This document shows positions 48,501-62,184 of a stretch of DNA of 64,000 nucleotides, piece by piece. The number at the start of each line of letters is the position of its first letter. The stretch's first letter is position 1. The stretch comes from Anolis carolinensis (taxonomy: Eukaryota), in NCBI RefSeq assembly GCF_035594765.1, contig NC_085844.1, positions 85,017,923-85,081,922 on the forward strand, read 5' to 3'. The notes under the pieces were generated by a model. It ran no database searches. It was given only the letters and a program-made list of their open reading frames with translations, and was not told where the DNA came from. Made by a program: the position numbers and the translations under genes.

Positions 48501-49518
48501 GGTATAAATATCTTATGAAGTCCTGGATTTTGTAGTTGTGTGAAAACCAAGAGCTCTCTAGTTAAAAATTCTAAATGCTAAATGAATTCCACACGGCAAA
48601 TCCTAAGAATTCTATTGGATCATGCTGTAGTAGTTCAAATGAAATCATAGCCTTTTAATCATGTAGTGTGAAGTGGCTCCTACTTACATTTGTGTATAGT
48701 GGAGAGAAACAGCACTCTGATTTTTGTAGCCAAGAGTTCAAACATAGTTATAATTGGCCTTTGCACATGACTTTACTTGGTATTGCTGTAATGCTTCTTA
48801 GCACATCCAAGTTTATACAATTCTCTACTTGATTTTCCTTATACATAACTGGTGGCTAGGAGGCTGTAGCAATTTTTTTGCCCTTTTCTATAAATAGTTC
48901 CCCAGAACCTTTGTGACAGAAAGAAACTTTCAAATGCGCTTGACCAAAGCATTTTTGAAAATACCATAGTAGCTCAATAAACAAATAGCAAGACATAAGC
49001 ATATATTACTAATTTACAGGTTGCAAAGAATGGATTTTTGTAGGCAATTTGTCGGGAGGCCTCCGAGAATTCTGTTATTTATAGCAGTATTGTAATTCAT
49101 TTATATTTTATGCAGACCAAGGAAATCTTGGTCCCATTTGTCCAGAAAAGGAAATTACAACCACAGAAAGCATACCCTTGGGCACCTTCTGTTAACTATA
49201 CATTTTGGATAATTACAATTTGTGTATGTGTGTCTACACTCACATATGTACATACTCTGAAGAAAAAATATTAACATAATTATAGAGCCAATTGAATTGC
49301 AGAAAATGAGTTATAAATGTCAGGAGAAATAATAATCATTTTTTCTGCCATATGTTTTTAGACAGCTTGCTAATGTTAAGATTTCCAATATGATCATATG
49401 GATGATGTTCCAAAAGGTGCAACCCCGCTTTATTTATGTGTTTAATACAGACACTTTGAACACATTCCAGATTCCAGAAGAAATCAATTTAAAGGGGGTT
49501 TTTCTGTCTGATGAAAAA

Positions 49519-49662
49519 NNNNNNNNNNNNNNNNNNNNNNNNNNNNNNNNNNNNNNNNNNNNNNNNNNNNNNNNNNNNNNNNNNNNNNNNNNNNNNNNNN
49601 NNNNNNNNNNNNNNNNNNNNNNNNNNNNNNNNNNNNNNNNNNNNNNNNNNNNNNNNNNNNNN
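49519..49662. other. Assembly gap (N run)
   Basis: Run of n characters. Confidence 1.
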
Positions 49663-50359
49663 GCAAAACAGTTTCGATTGCAAAATAATTGACTGGCATC
49701 TTCTTACTGACTATTGAAGATTTAACTTAAGTTTATGCATATGTAACCTACTTTTCTGAACATATCAGAAGTTAGAGATCTCTGCAAAACATAAGCTCCC
49801 TATCAGTCCACCTTTTAAGCTATTGTAGTCTCCTACTAGCTTCCATTTATTAGCCAGTGGATAATAAAGGGTGAAAGAGAAGTGTCTTGCTATAATCCTA
49901 CAGCTAAATGCGCAAGAATGACATTAATTTCCAAGACTTTGGGAATATATCTGATAATACTATAACTATGTGTACAACTATAGAAGATACTTGGATGTTT
50001 CTCCATGTTACTCCCCACTATCAATTGGCTAGCTTAAGTGCTGTAATTGTACTGCATAAAATTTGCACGTGGCTGATTAATAGATAAAATGTCATTTTCT
50101 GCAGAGGAATTAATATTTCTTCATTTAACTATTATTTCCCATGCAGAAATGCTATTTCATGCACGTAAGATCAGTTTTCTGTGCAAAATAACCACATACA
50201 AATTTTGCACAGAGTAGGCCCCAAATTGTGAATAGTCTTCAAAAACTGTGTGGTTTTCAAAGACTTTCTCACAGTGGGAAGAAAATTGAAATGCTTCATT
50301 GCTATTTTTGAGAAGAACATAAGTTAATTCTTATTTCTCCTTCTGTGCATATTGATCAG

Positions 50360-50615
50360 ATCAATTGCTCCAGGATTTTGGAATGACATTCCAGAAAAAA
50401 ATTAACAGCGAGATTTGTTGTTGGAATTGAAGACACAATTAAAGACCCATCTCTTCCAGCAGATCTACAGAGTTAATTTTAAGTTGTGAATTTTAATTTG
50501 CATTTCATTCACTAATTTTAATGAATTTTAAATCTGTGTATCTTGTTGTATGTCTTTTAATAGTAATTTATTTCTTGTTTTAATGATGTTATATCCCACC
50601 TTGAGCTGCAGGGAT
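50360..50615 (+). mobile_element. Degenerate L2 3' fragment
   Basis: IAPGFWNDIPEKI...LKTHLFQQ followed by a T-rich UTR. Confidence 0.65.
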
Positions 50616-50629
50616 TCGTTATTATTATT

Positions 50630-52390
50630 GACACAACGACATTGTATGACACAGCAAACAAGATAGATATGCTGGATTTCGTTTCACAAAATCACAAGTC
50701 GAACACTTCCCAGGTGTCTAGGACTGTGTGATGTATTTTCGGATGATGCGTGCAGATCCCAGTAAGGTGGCCTTTTGCAGTTGGCAGATCGTAATTTTGT
50801 CAATGTCTATTGTCTCCAAATGCCGGCTGAGATCTTTTGGCACGGCACCCAGTGTGCCCATCACCACTGGGACCACCTGCACTAGTTTCTGCCAGAGTCT
50901 TTGAAGTTCAATCTTGAGGTCCTGATAGCGGCTGAGTTTTTCCTGTTGTTTTTCTTCAATGCGACTGTCACCTGGGATGGCAACATCAATGATCCAAACC
51001 TTGTTCTTTTCCACAACTGTGATGTCTGGTGTGTTGTGTTCCAGAACTTTGTCAGTCTGGATTCGGAAGTCCCACAGTATCTTTGCGTGTTCATTTTCCA
51101 CAACCTTTGCAGGTTTGTGATCCCACCAGTTCTTAACTGCAGGGAGGTGATACTTGAGGCATAGGTTCCAATGAATCATTTGGGCCACATAGTTGTGCCT
51201 CTGTTTGTAGTCTGTCTGTGCAATTTTCTTACAGCAGCTGAGGATATGATCAATGGTTTCATCGGTTTCCTTGCACAGTCTGCACTTTGGGTCATCAGCT
51301 GATTTTTCGATCTTGGCCTTGATTGCATTTGTTCTGATGGCTTGCTCCTGGGCTGCAAGGATCAGGCCTTCTGTCTCCTTCTTCAGGGTCCCATTCGTGA
51401 GCCAGAGCCAGGTCTTCTCTTTATCAGCTTTTCCTTCAATTTTGTCAAGGAACTTTCCATGCAGTGTTTTGTTGTGCCACCTGTCAGCTCTAGTTTGTAG
51501 TGCGGTTTTCTTGTACTGGTTTTTTGTCTGCTGTGCTTTGAGGAGTTTCTGATTTTTGACTTCAATCAAAGCAGGTTCTTCACTTTGTTTTACATATTCT
51601 GCCAGGGCATATTCTTCTTCTTTGTTTTACTTGCAAGAGTCCTCTGCCCCCTGATCTTCTAGGCAGATACAGCCGGTCAACATCACTGCGAGGGTGCAGT
51701 GAATGATGAATGGTCATGAGTTTTCTTCTTTTTCTGTCCAAATCGTTCAGTTCCATCTGTGTCCAGTTTATAATGCCAGCAGTATATCTTATGACAGGTA
51801 TGGCCCAGGTGTTTATGGCCTTGATGGTGTTGCCTCCATTGAGCTTGCTTTTGAGAATTTTTCTGACCCTTTGTGTGTATTCTTTACTGACCACAGTTTT
51901 CACATGTTCATGCTTGATGTTGTCCAGCTGTAATATGCCCAGATATTTATAGGCCTCTGGCTGGTGACACCTTATTGTTTGGCCATTGGGCATATTGATG
52001 CCCTCACTTTCAATTATTTTTCCCTTCTTCAATGCCACTGTCGAACATTTGTCCAAACCAAACTCCATGTTGATATCAGTGCTAAAAATTCGGACAGTGT
52101 TGGTCAGAGATTGGATTTCAGTTTCCGTTTTCCCATATAGCTTCAGGTCATCCATGTACATCAAATGTGAAATTTTGTGAGAATTCTTAGATGTTTGGTA
52201 GCCGAGATTTGTTTTTTGTAAGATTGTTGACAGAGGGATCATGGCAATAATGAAAAGCAGAGGGGACAATGAGTCTCCCTGGAAAATTCCTCTCCTGATG
52301 TTGACAAGTCCATAACTTTCATTTCCAACACAGTTCAGTTTTCCAGTGCTCCATCATGTTTTTAATGATGTTTTCAACATGTTTTCATGT
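50630..52390 (-). mobile_element. R4/Dong-clade non-LTR retrotransposon, 5'-truncated, young, inserted in (TAA)n
   Basis: RT motifs RGIFQGDSLSPLLF, YMDDLKLY, YKYLG and RLYLPRRSGGRGL, then a CRLC..H...C knuckle, RHN and a PD..D endonuclease. (TTA)n on both flanks. Confidence 0.95.
50718..52310 (-). pseudogene. R4 polyprotein remnant (RT, zinc knuckle, restriction-like endonuclease) with a frameshift near 51620
   Basis: ORFs 51580-52269 (229 aa) and 50718-51569 (283 aa) are consecutive parts of one protein. Confidence 0.9.
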
Positions 52391-52392
52391 TT

Positions 52393-52393
<1 letters not shown>

Positions 52394-52448
<55 letters not shown>
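52394..52448 (+). repeat. (TTA)n microsatellite at the R4 5' junction
   Basis: Direct read. Confidence 0.95.
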
Positions 52449-53261
52449 GGGAAGTCTTTCAATATCCCTGCACTCCTATTCAATACCATATTCATCATAC
52501 TCTACATGCTTATGGTGACTCTCTGGAAAGTCTCTTCTATCCATGGGATCTTTCACTGAGGCTTGAGACCCCATGCAGCTATGTCATGGGCAAAATGTTG
52601 GCAAACAGAAAGTCTTCTTCAGAAAGTCATCATATTGGTGTGAAAACTCACAAAAATAGCAATGGTGAATAAAACAAGCTAAGAATGTCTTGGTAAGATT
52701 TAACAAAATAATGTTTTGGAATGAGCAAAATAGTAGACAAAAATAGCTTTTTCAAATGTCAGGTAACTTTGATGAGAAGAATCTTAGATGGGTGAAAATA
52801 TCTGTAGTTCAGGACTCATTCTGCACACATACACAAAATACACATCTGGGGTCTTTTTGTAAAAAAAAATCAATTCAAGAAGTAGCATTTTTTGCAGAAA
52901 TCAAGTTTCTTACACAGAAAAGAGATTTTAAAAATTATTTACAAAAATTATTTTCTGTATTAAATACGTTTTTTTCCCTATTCAACATCCACATCTTTTC
53001 CCATGGAACAAGTTAAAAATTGAATATTCTTTGAAAACAGCCATTTTTTCATTACTTTTTCACAGTGAGGAAGAACATTGTTAAAAACATTCATTCTTGT
53101 TGGTAATGAATTGTATTTGGGACTTGCATCCCAAATGTTCCAGTAGGAAAAAAATCTGGTCTCCCCCCCCCCCCCTTATGCTTGTTCTCTATGTGCAACA
53201 GTATATGTGAATATGTGAGCTAATGCAAATGAAATGAAGTAGGAAACTCCAATTACAGTTA

Positions 53262-53400
53262 ATAATAATAAATAATCAAACTTTTTTTATATACCTCCCT
53301 ATCTCTCGGATGGGACTCAGGGCAGTTTCCAATCATAAAAACAACACAAACATTACATAGCAACATAATAACATATTATTAAGCAAAGTAAAAATACAAT
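53262..53400 (-). mobile_element. L2-type 3' tail fragment
   Basis: tatacctccctatctctcggatgggactcagggcagttt preceded by (AAT)n. Confidence 0.55.
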
Positions 53401-53721
53401 TATCTTGTGCAATATATTCAGTCCCACTGCATTTAGTTTATGGGCTGACCTAGGTATCACCAGTATGATATGTTTTCAAGTCGCGATTTTCCCACCCTCA
53501 AGTCTACCTAGCAATAGCCAGTATATTAATTGATCACATGGTAACAGAGAAATAACGCTGAATATTAGATGTCAGTTCTGCATCTCTCTATAAAATGAAT
53601 GGAACATGTTTTGTGGTGGATGTCTTAAGTTTCTTTCTGTTTCTTACCTCGTAAGAAATTTCCTCATTCCAAACAATATTTTTATGGTGTCATGAATTAG
53701 TTAAATTAGCCTTCCCACATA

Positions 53722-53912
53722 AATGGTACCTAAATTTCCTACTTGATAGATACAACTATCTTTCAGGTTGCTTAGGTCAACAACAAGCAGGGCTATTTTC
53801 TTTAATTTTAATGATCGGGTGCTCACTCCAACACAGGCTGGCCTCGAACTCATGACCTCTTGGTCATAGTGATTTATAGCAGCTGGCTACTATCCAGCCT
53901 GCACCACAGCCC
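53722..53912 (-). mobile_element. Anolis SINE2-like fragment (5' part)
   Basis: Reverse complement of 20700-20720 joined to 21590-21755. It shows the uninterrupted state of the LTR insertion site. Confidence 0.8.
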
Positions 53913-53914
53913 TT

Positions 53915-54400
53915 ATGATGGTAGGCAAACAGGAAGAGTGGGTTTACTAGGTTTACTGTTTTTGGTTAAAAGAATGAATGATGCTGAGAAATAAAAGATT
54001 AGATTTGGGGTTTGGGCAGTACAGATATTTATGGTATGATAAAGTAAAAGTAATATGGATTTCGATGTGTCTTGTTAAGAATACGGAATCGATACAAACC
54101 CAGGTTGTGTTCAAAAATGCCTTTCTGGCTCAAGAACCTCATTACAGAAAAAATGGCAGATGTACGAAAACCCTTTGGAGAATTATCAAGGAGAATATAA
54201 AATTAAGTTGAATAAGCAGTTACTTGCAGAGGTATATAGTTTTCAATGATTTCCATATTTACAGTTATGTGAAAGATTTAAAATAGATAAAGGAATCATG
54301 ATTTGGAACAGAATAAATATGAATTGAAATTGCAATTATGTATGAAGAATGAATGTGTGAAATAAACAGTTTTAAAATGTATTCATAAGAAGTTATGTTT
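53915..54400 (+). mobile_element. Degenerate L1 ORF2 fragment
   Basis: A-rich. LRNKRLDLGFGQYRYLWYDKVKV resembles the post-RT region of lizard L1. Confidence 0.5.
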
Positions 54401-54554
54401 TTGCTGTAACCCAGACACAGTGTAACAAAGTGATAAGGTTATGATAAGTGTAATCCAAAAGTGGTCTGGTAGAATCTGTGGAAGCATTCATTTCAGTTAT
54501 TTTACCGCATACCAAGCTGGCTGTATATCAATATTACATGTAGGAGATAAGGAA

Positions 54555-54556
<2 letters not shown>

Positions 54557-54592
<36 letters not shown>
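54557..54592 (+). repeat. (CA)n microsatellite
   Basis: Direct read. Confidence 0.95.
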
Positions 54593-54594
<2 letters not shown>

Positions 54595-55018
54595 TTGCTT
54601 GTTAAGTTCTTATCAACCATATTGGTGGCATATTTCATATAATTCTATAATCTGTTTCTTTGGATATGACAAAAAATCTTAATGAGATACTTGAGCCCCA
54701 TTTATACTGACTCTTTTCTGCAGTTTAAAGCTAGCTACAAACTGTGATGTCCAGACAACAAACTCCCACAAAAGCAAGCCCTTTATGTGCATCAGAGCCC
54801 TGGGTTTTTTCTTATCACAAAACCTGTGAAAATTTGTAGAATAAGCAAGACATATGCAGACACAACACAGAAATTTATGTATTATTATTTCATTTATTTA
54901 TTTCATTTATATACCACTTTTCTCACCCCTGGGGGTTACTCAAAGTTCACAGCATAATCAATGGCAAAATTCAATGCTTCACATATATACTTCAGACCTC
55001 ACATACTTCCCAAACTCT

Positions 55019-55258
55019 GTACTACCTGGAGGAATCTTCCACCTTGTGTGACTGTGGAGCTGAACAAACAACTCCTCATATGTATGCTTGCCCACAATGC
55101 CCTGCCTCATGCACGGAGGAGGAGTTGTTTAAAGCTACGGACAATGCAATTGCTGTTGCCCATTTTTGGCCCAAAACTATTTAGCTGTTTGTGATTCCTT
55201 TACTTTATCACTTTTAAACTTATTTATTATACAATGCTTTTGACACAAAATAAATAAA
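55019..55258 (+). mobile_element. Vingi (Ingi-clade) LINE 3' end
   Basis: YLEESSTLCDCGAEQTTPHMYACPQCP (CxCG..QT..H...C knuckle), ending in tgacacaaaataaataaa. Confidence 0.8.
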
Positions 55259-57593
55259 TTTTGTGCAATGTTTTCTACAGCCTGTTTGTTTCACAATCTC
55301 TCTGTAGTCCAAAAAACTCTTGTAAAGGATAAATGTCAAATTACTTCTCAGTCTTTCTGATGTGGTACACTGGATATTTGTAATGAATTTGTATCCTAAG
55401 AAAAATGGGATTAAATGTTGCATCCGAACAATGAAGGAAATGATTCACTCACCCATTCAGTAATATAGCCCACTCAATTGAATTAATGTGGTAGTAAATG
55501 ATAAGTCAGCTGAAAACAATCATACAGGTTTCACTTTCAAAAGAACATCAGAAACAAAGAAATATTTGAACTAAGTTGAACTTAAATCCCTACTGACTTA
55601 AATTCTTTTGAACCTTGTTAAAAAAAAACCCAGTCATGATCCTTTTTATAAAAAAGTTTTCAGAGCTGAGAAATCAGACCAAGATTATACAAATAATTAC
55701 AGTATTCTCCCCACTTCCATATTGTAGTTTGGCAACATAAAATGCTGACTCTACCATGAAAAACAACAGTGTTGTTTTTTGCATTTCACCATGTCCTCAA
55801 GTTCTAGACTTGAACTGGAAAATATGTTCTTTATAATTCTATTTTCAAGCGTTTCCAAGTGAAATCTCATTGTAGTGCTTCTTCCATTCAACTTTGTAAG
55901 TCAGAGCTTTGGAATAATCAGTCCAAAGTTTCTGCCAGTAGCAAGAGATCTCCATTCACAAGTGGTCCATGATCAACTGGCAACACCATTCTGAAATTTC
56001 TTCGGCCCACATCATCATTCCCCCCCCCCCCAAACTCCAATAGCTCCTTCACATTAGAGAGATCTGATTTGATTGGGATGTAGTGAACTCAAGATTTGGT
56101 TGGGAGTAAAAGAATTCCTGCCAGTCTTTCCCAACATGAAAGACCAGTGAGCCACACAGGAAGAGGTACTTGAAATGGAAACTGGCTGCAACACCTTGGA
56201 AGTTGAAAAGATATTACCGATTATTTCAATGAAAGGCATTGTTGAAAATTGGAGAGGGAAATATATCTGTCTATGTTTTGGGGGGTAAAGAGGTTTGGAT
56301 CAAAGCATAGCTCTGGTTCCACAGCAACTTCTTGGCAATGGTGGGACATCAAGGAAAGATTCAGGACTGTAATATTTGCTGACATCTTTAAGCTTTCACA
56401 CACACAAATTCTGGCTTTTCTTGTTCTCTGCTAGGTTTCTTTCAATATGTGTGTGAGAAAAAGACAGAAATACTACCCACTGGCAACTGTGCCATTGTGT
56501 CATTGTAGATCAACTCTGTTGGGAATTATTTCATTGCCCTCAAGGCAAAGTGTTGTCTTCCATATTATATGAATAGTAAGAACGGCAAATCTTGTGGCAG
56601 GAAAGTATGACTTGTGTGCCTGCAAGCTAAGTTAATTCCAACCAAGTTTCAATTTCAAACGAAAAACCTGAAAACTGAATTGACAAGCTCACCAACCAAG
56701 GTCTCTTGGTTGATTGCTACCAGCACTGCATCAATCTACATACTTAGATGGGAAAATAGTTTGCAGATAAATTCTAGAGTGTTCTGAGGAAATGCAAGTA
56801 TGAAGTTGCCTACTTCTTCATATATCTTTCCAATAATTAAAAAGGGACATATGAGTTCATGTTCCTGGTCAAAATATTGCCTGAGGTGAATAGTGGCAGA
56901 GGACAATTTTGTTTGCTTCACATGTTAATACAATCTCACTTCACTCCCATCTCCTAAGCCAACACTTAAAGATAAATACAGTTATCGTTTCATATTTCCA
57001 CAGTTCTCTAGTCCAAAAAAATGTATTCAGAAAAAGAATATATTAGTAGAAAGTGTGTAAAAATGTGTGTGTTAGTGGAAATAATGGATTTCATTATGGA
57101 AAAAATGGATTTTATTATGCCTATAGTGAGAGAAATGTGCAGAGCTACCACTTTTATTTAAAGTAAATGAATGCAAGCAATTTCCATTTTTCTAGTTTCT
57201 TACACTTAGAAAAATGAAGTACCAGAAATGGGCAGATTTTGTAGAACTGTGCAGGCGAGGGATATAAGATAAAATTTCCTTTGCATGGAGGAGTTTTTGA
57301 ACTTTTTTCAATTTTCTTATATAAATTGAAGAGATAGCACCCATAAGTGAACTTGGCCCTTCTATTTAAAAAAAATATAGGGAAAATAGACCGAATAATT
57401 TTTAAATGATGAGGCACTAGGGGTATTTTGGCTTGGAGATCCATATGCCACCCCCCAAAAGAATTAGACAAAAATACTATAATTTCTTATAAATAAATGC
57501 AATGCTAACAACTCAGCAACAAAACAGTATAACAGTAATTGAAAACAGTCATTTCCAGCAATAAAGAACAAGTATTATTGCCAAACTATCCAT

Positions 57594-58240
57594 TAGGTAT
57601 GTGTGATCCATTAAAAAAAATTGTTCAAAAGTACTTATAAAACAGGGGGCACTGGTGCTTTATTTCTACAGTGTTTCTAAAGTTTAGGTGGTGAAAAATT
57701 CAGTACTCTAACGAGACTAATGAAATTTTGGTACTATTTCATTAATGAAGATTGCTCATGCACATTAAAGAAAACATCACTGTCAGTAGGAAAATTTCAG
57801 GGGCTCCTACCTCCCTCATTTCTAAAGCTATTGGGGTGAAACGTGCTACAAGGGTAGAAAACATTTATCACTGTTTACGCACCAAATTTCAGATTATTTG
57901 GCTTATTCACAGAGTTTTGGCAAATTATCAAAGTTTTTATTAAAAAACATGTTTTAAATAATAAAGAAAATCTGTTCCTGGTTTGAAAGTGTTATTTGAT
58001 TTTTCATTGTGTGTTCTTTACTTTGAAAATAGTTGTTCTATTTCAGAAACTTTGTTTTTGTGGAAGAAACTGTGTTAAATTGGTGGAGACTCAACAAAGC
58101 AAAATGTTATGCTATAGGGCAATATCCCTTGCACAAAGATGAGGTTTTTGCAGTATAATAAACTTTCACCATGTTTTTATGACCAAACCAATTAGGAACT
58201 ACCATTCATAACCCGGGAACAGAAATTGTAGTACAAACAT
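57594..58240 (+). mobile_element. Probable hAT-type non-autonomous element, copy 4; the related foldback lies at about 59270-59352
   Basis: Starts taggtatgtgtgatcc and shares aaatctgttcctggtttgaaagtgttattt with the reverse complement of 2335-2372. Confidence 0.6.
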
Positions 58241-58317
58241 GATCAAGGGACATCTAGACTGCCTCCGTTCGTCAGGGCAGAAAGGCGCCATCCAAACTCT
58301 TCTAACGTCAAATTAAT

Positions 58318-58980
58318 ATAGAATCATAGAATCATAGAGTTGGAAGAGACTTCATGGGCTATCCAGTCCAATCCCATTCCAGGAAGCCAGAAAATCTCAT
58401 TCAAAGCACCCCCGAAATATAGCCATCCAGCCTCTCCTTAAAAGCCTCCAAAGAAGGAGCCTCCACTACACTCTGGGGCAGAAAGTTCACCATAAAGTTT
58501 CACCACTGAACAGCTCTCACAGTTAGGAACTTCTTCCTAAAATGTTCAGGTAGAATTTCCTTTCCTGAAGTTTGAAGCCATTGTTCCACATCCTAGTCTC
58601 CAGGGCAGCAGAAAGCAAGCTTACATCCTCCTTCCTGTGACTTCCCCTCACATATTTGTACATGGCTATCATGTCTCCTCTCAGCCTTCTCTTCTGCAGG
58701 CTAAACATGCCCAGCTCTTTAAGACGCTCTTTATAGGGCTTGTTCTCCAGACCCTTGATCATTTTAGTCGCCCTCCTTTGGACACATTCCAGCTTGTTGA
58801 AATCCCTTTTAAATTGCGGTGTCCAGAATTGGACACAGTATTTCAGGTGTGGTCTAACAAAGGCAAAATAGAGGGGTTGCATGACTTCCCTGGATCAAGA
58901 CATGCTGGCCAATCCACTTTTTTAGCTGCTATGTCAAATTGTTGGCTCATAATTAACTTATCCATGAAGACTTCAAGATG
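58318..58980 (-). mobile_element. CR1 LINE 3' end
   Basis: [43 protein letters not shown]...RRLRGDMI, with an (ATTCTATG)n tail. Confidence 0.93.
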
Positions 58981-59399
58981 TTTTAGAAAGATTCACACAT
59001 CTACAGTTTTTTTTTGGAGGGGGCGGGTTTAAAATTTAACACAAAAACAATTTATCCCCCCAAAAAGCGACCAGACGCTTGAATGCCTGTCTATCTTTAT
59101 GACACACAACTGCATAACTACAATGTAACACAGATTTATACCTACTTACTTTAGTCCTCTTTGCAGATTCAATAATTTTATTTATTTTCATTGTTCCACT
59201 CCCTCTAAAATATGACTGTAGCAGCCAGCCCTATTTTGGGTTCTTCAGCCCTCATTTGGATCCTGAGCAGTATTGCATTCTGGGAAATGTAGTTTATGTC
59301 AGGGTCTTTTGCATTCCCTGCCAGTGGGGGCTTTGCCCTCAGAAACTACATTTAAGATGGCTGTGTTCTCGGTCTCCCTGTAGTCCCACTCCCCAACCT

Positions 59400-59800
59400 T
59401 ACTTATGGCGATAATGGTTGTGGAAACTTAACAATGAAGGAAGCTGACAGAAGAAGAATCAACTCATTTGAAATGGGGCAGTGGAAGAAAATCCTGTAGA
59501 TAATATGAATCAAGAAAAATACCAGCCAGTTGGGCCACAAGGAAGTCAAACCCGAAATTCCAGTCAAAACCAAAATATCTAGACTGACATTCGTTATCTC
59601 ATAAGATGATGTGATTCAATGCAATAACATTGCAGAAAGTTGAAAGTAATAGAAAAATAAGTCAATATTACAGATGTATTGTTTTAATCGAAGAAGCCAT
59701 ATTCCTGAGTCTGCAAGACCTGAGAAGGTCTACTAATGACAGAGTCATTTATAGATTCATCATAAGTCAAAGAGGCTTGGTAGCAAAGAACAACAAAAAG
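59400..59800 (+). mobile_element. Old RTE-clade LINE 3' fragment
   Basis: GCGNLTMKEADRRRINSFEMGQWKKIL resembles the RTE motif YGCESWT.KKA.RR.I.AFE.WCWRR. (CAA)-type tail near 59790. Confidence 0.75.
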
Positions 59801-60637
59801 CACCTAATCATGCGATGCCACCTACTCATAAAATGTATTTGACCAAACCAGGAAAAGTCTTATATGCTATATATTTGTATATAGGCCAGTCCTTAGCTTA
59901 AATGAGTTATCAGGAAGAACCATGTTACTTCTGTATTCTTTTCTTCTTACAGTACAATGCTGATGCTGTCATGCTCATTGTGCACAAGATTATAGGTTAC
60001 TATAAAGTTTTTGGTAACTGTGACTTTTATTGCCATTAGATATTTTACATTTGATTTATTAGGCAACTGCCCAGTCACCCCAAATATGGCAAGAACATAT
60101 CAGCAACAGTTCTGCACCCATTGACTAAGAATTCTTCTACACAAGCCCTAAAATGTGGAAGTTACTGGGTTAAAGGGGCGGCAGCTAAATGACACTAGTT
60201 GTAAATCAGTGCTGATTTGCAGTCATGGACAAAAATATGTGCTAAAAGGGTGTGCTTAAATCTTGATTCAGCAAGGTAAATGTGTTCCTTCCCATGACTG
60301 CAGTCATGCAGAACGCCTGTTTTCCTTCCTTTCCCTCTGTGTTGACTGCTCTAGTACATATGCACTTTTTAAAAGCCAAAAACAGCTGATCAGCTGATTG
60401 GGCTGTCAAGCAAACACATCGATGGCTCAAGGGAAGCACAAGTGGAAAGCAATTATAGCTCTCTGAAACTATTTATTGTAAACTTTATAATATTAAACAG
60501 AGCTTAAATTATCAATTGGGAGAACATAAATATCCAGTGGAAGGTTTTTTTTAAAAAAATTCCCTCAGTTATATGTTGGATTTCATATTCGCACATGCAA
60601 ATCTGCTTCTATTTGTATTAAGATATTCGCATGTGTT

Positions 60638-60742
60638 TCCTTGGAGGCTTTTAAACAGAGGCTGAATGGTCATCTGTCTGGAGTACTTTGTGCTTTTCTT
60701 GCATGGAAAGGGGATTGGACTTCATGGACCATGTGCTCTCTT
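60638..60742 (+). mobile_element. CR1 3' UTR fragment
   Basis: ttggaggcttttaaacagaggctgaatggtcatctgtc...gggattggac, the reverse complement of the CR1 3' ends above. Confidence 0.7.
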
Positions 60743-62058
60743 ACAAACTATAATAAACCTCTATAATTTACCTTCAATGTAGAGTGCTTTATTTTCTCTC
60801 CTGGATTATCTGGTTAAGCAGAAGCTCACCGGGCATGGACCTTCTTATCTGCAGTCTTAGCTGAATTCATTTCAATTGCACCACTATGAAACTGGCATAT
60901 GCCTATTAATAAAGGGCTACTAAAATGTAAACAGACCGAGTTGCTTTTCTATCCTAGTCATATATTTTTCACTTGTTGCTACTTATGTACAAAATTTTGT
61001 GCCAATGATGATTACAGCTATAATGACACCCAGAATGATAATGAGTATGAAGGAAGATAGCTCATGCTGTAAAAAGATCCATCTTGACTATGCTAATTTT
61101 CCCCATCACTACGACTGGAAGAGGGTAACATAAATCAAAATCAAGATCATCTCAAGTGGAAAGGGAATTCTTCTGGTGAAACTGGTGCAGGCCAGATAAA
61201 TTAGTTCTATAGAAACTGAGGTCAAAGAGGAGATAAAACAAGAGGGTAAAATACAGCTGAATATAATTAATATAGAAAACAAATTCATTTCCCAAGTTAA
61301 TTAATTACTTTTCAATTAGTTGTACACCAAATGAATTTCACCATTTCACCATTTAAGGATATCTATGAGCAAAGGTAAAGATACTATTGATTTTTGTCTA
61401 AAGTAACTTCTTGACTAATTTGAAAGGTTTACCTCCTCCCTAACAATCTTATGCATATGAATTCAATGAAATTAGTTCAAATTCAGTCTAGAAAGAATTC
61501 TGATCTGTAAGTATTTTGGAACACACTAAAGATTTGTGATGTTCCTTATAATAAGGGGAGATATTTGTAGACCTCTGGTCAGAAGAAAAATAGAAATTGT
61601 CAACTTCGGTTGGCTGGTGAATTTCATGAACTTCCTTCTTTGCTTAATCAGAGCTGAGGTTCATTAGCGCTTAAGAATAAATAATCGGAGATGGGCATAC
61701 ATGGAACTTCATTCTGTTATGTAACAGAATTGACAGAATTGTAGGTTATTTTGTCCATGTGCTACATCGTATTTATATACTACTGATCTGAAGAACATTT
61801 ATTTTTGATGACACTAAATATAAATATATTTGTCTCTATCATGGATGGACAGCTTCTAAATTTCCAAATATCATCGGATTGCAATTCCCAATATTCTTCA
61901 CTATTGAACTGATTGATTAGCATTGATTAAATTGCATTCCAACAAAACTTTGGAGGGGGGATTTTCAAACTCTAATTTTCATGCTCCAAGACTATGTTTT
62001 GAGAATTACATGCACATAATCTTTGAAGGAAGCAGCCTAAATTTTCTAAAAAATACCT

Positions 62059-62160
62059 TGATGTTGGAAGCTAAGCAGGGTCAGCTCTGGTTAACAGAAA
62101 AGCGGGAGAACACTAACTAATGTCAGTTGTTCTAAGCCATATTTCAGAAGAAAGAACTAA
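62059..62160 (+). mobile_element. 5S rRNA-derived SINE fragment
   Basis: gatgttggaagctaagcagggtcagctctggtta matches the 5S internal control region. Confidence 0.7.
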
Positions 62161-62184
62161 AAAAGTTGGATGTTGGATTATTCC

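Noticed and set aside
49390-49717. ORFs spanning the N runs (also 6841-7119)
   Set aside because: They are artefacts of assembly gaps.
62059-62110. 5S rRNA gene
   Set aside because: Only a diverged internal part of 5S, fused to a SINE body.
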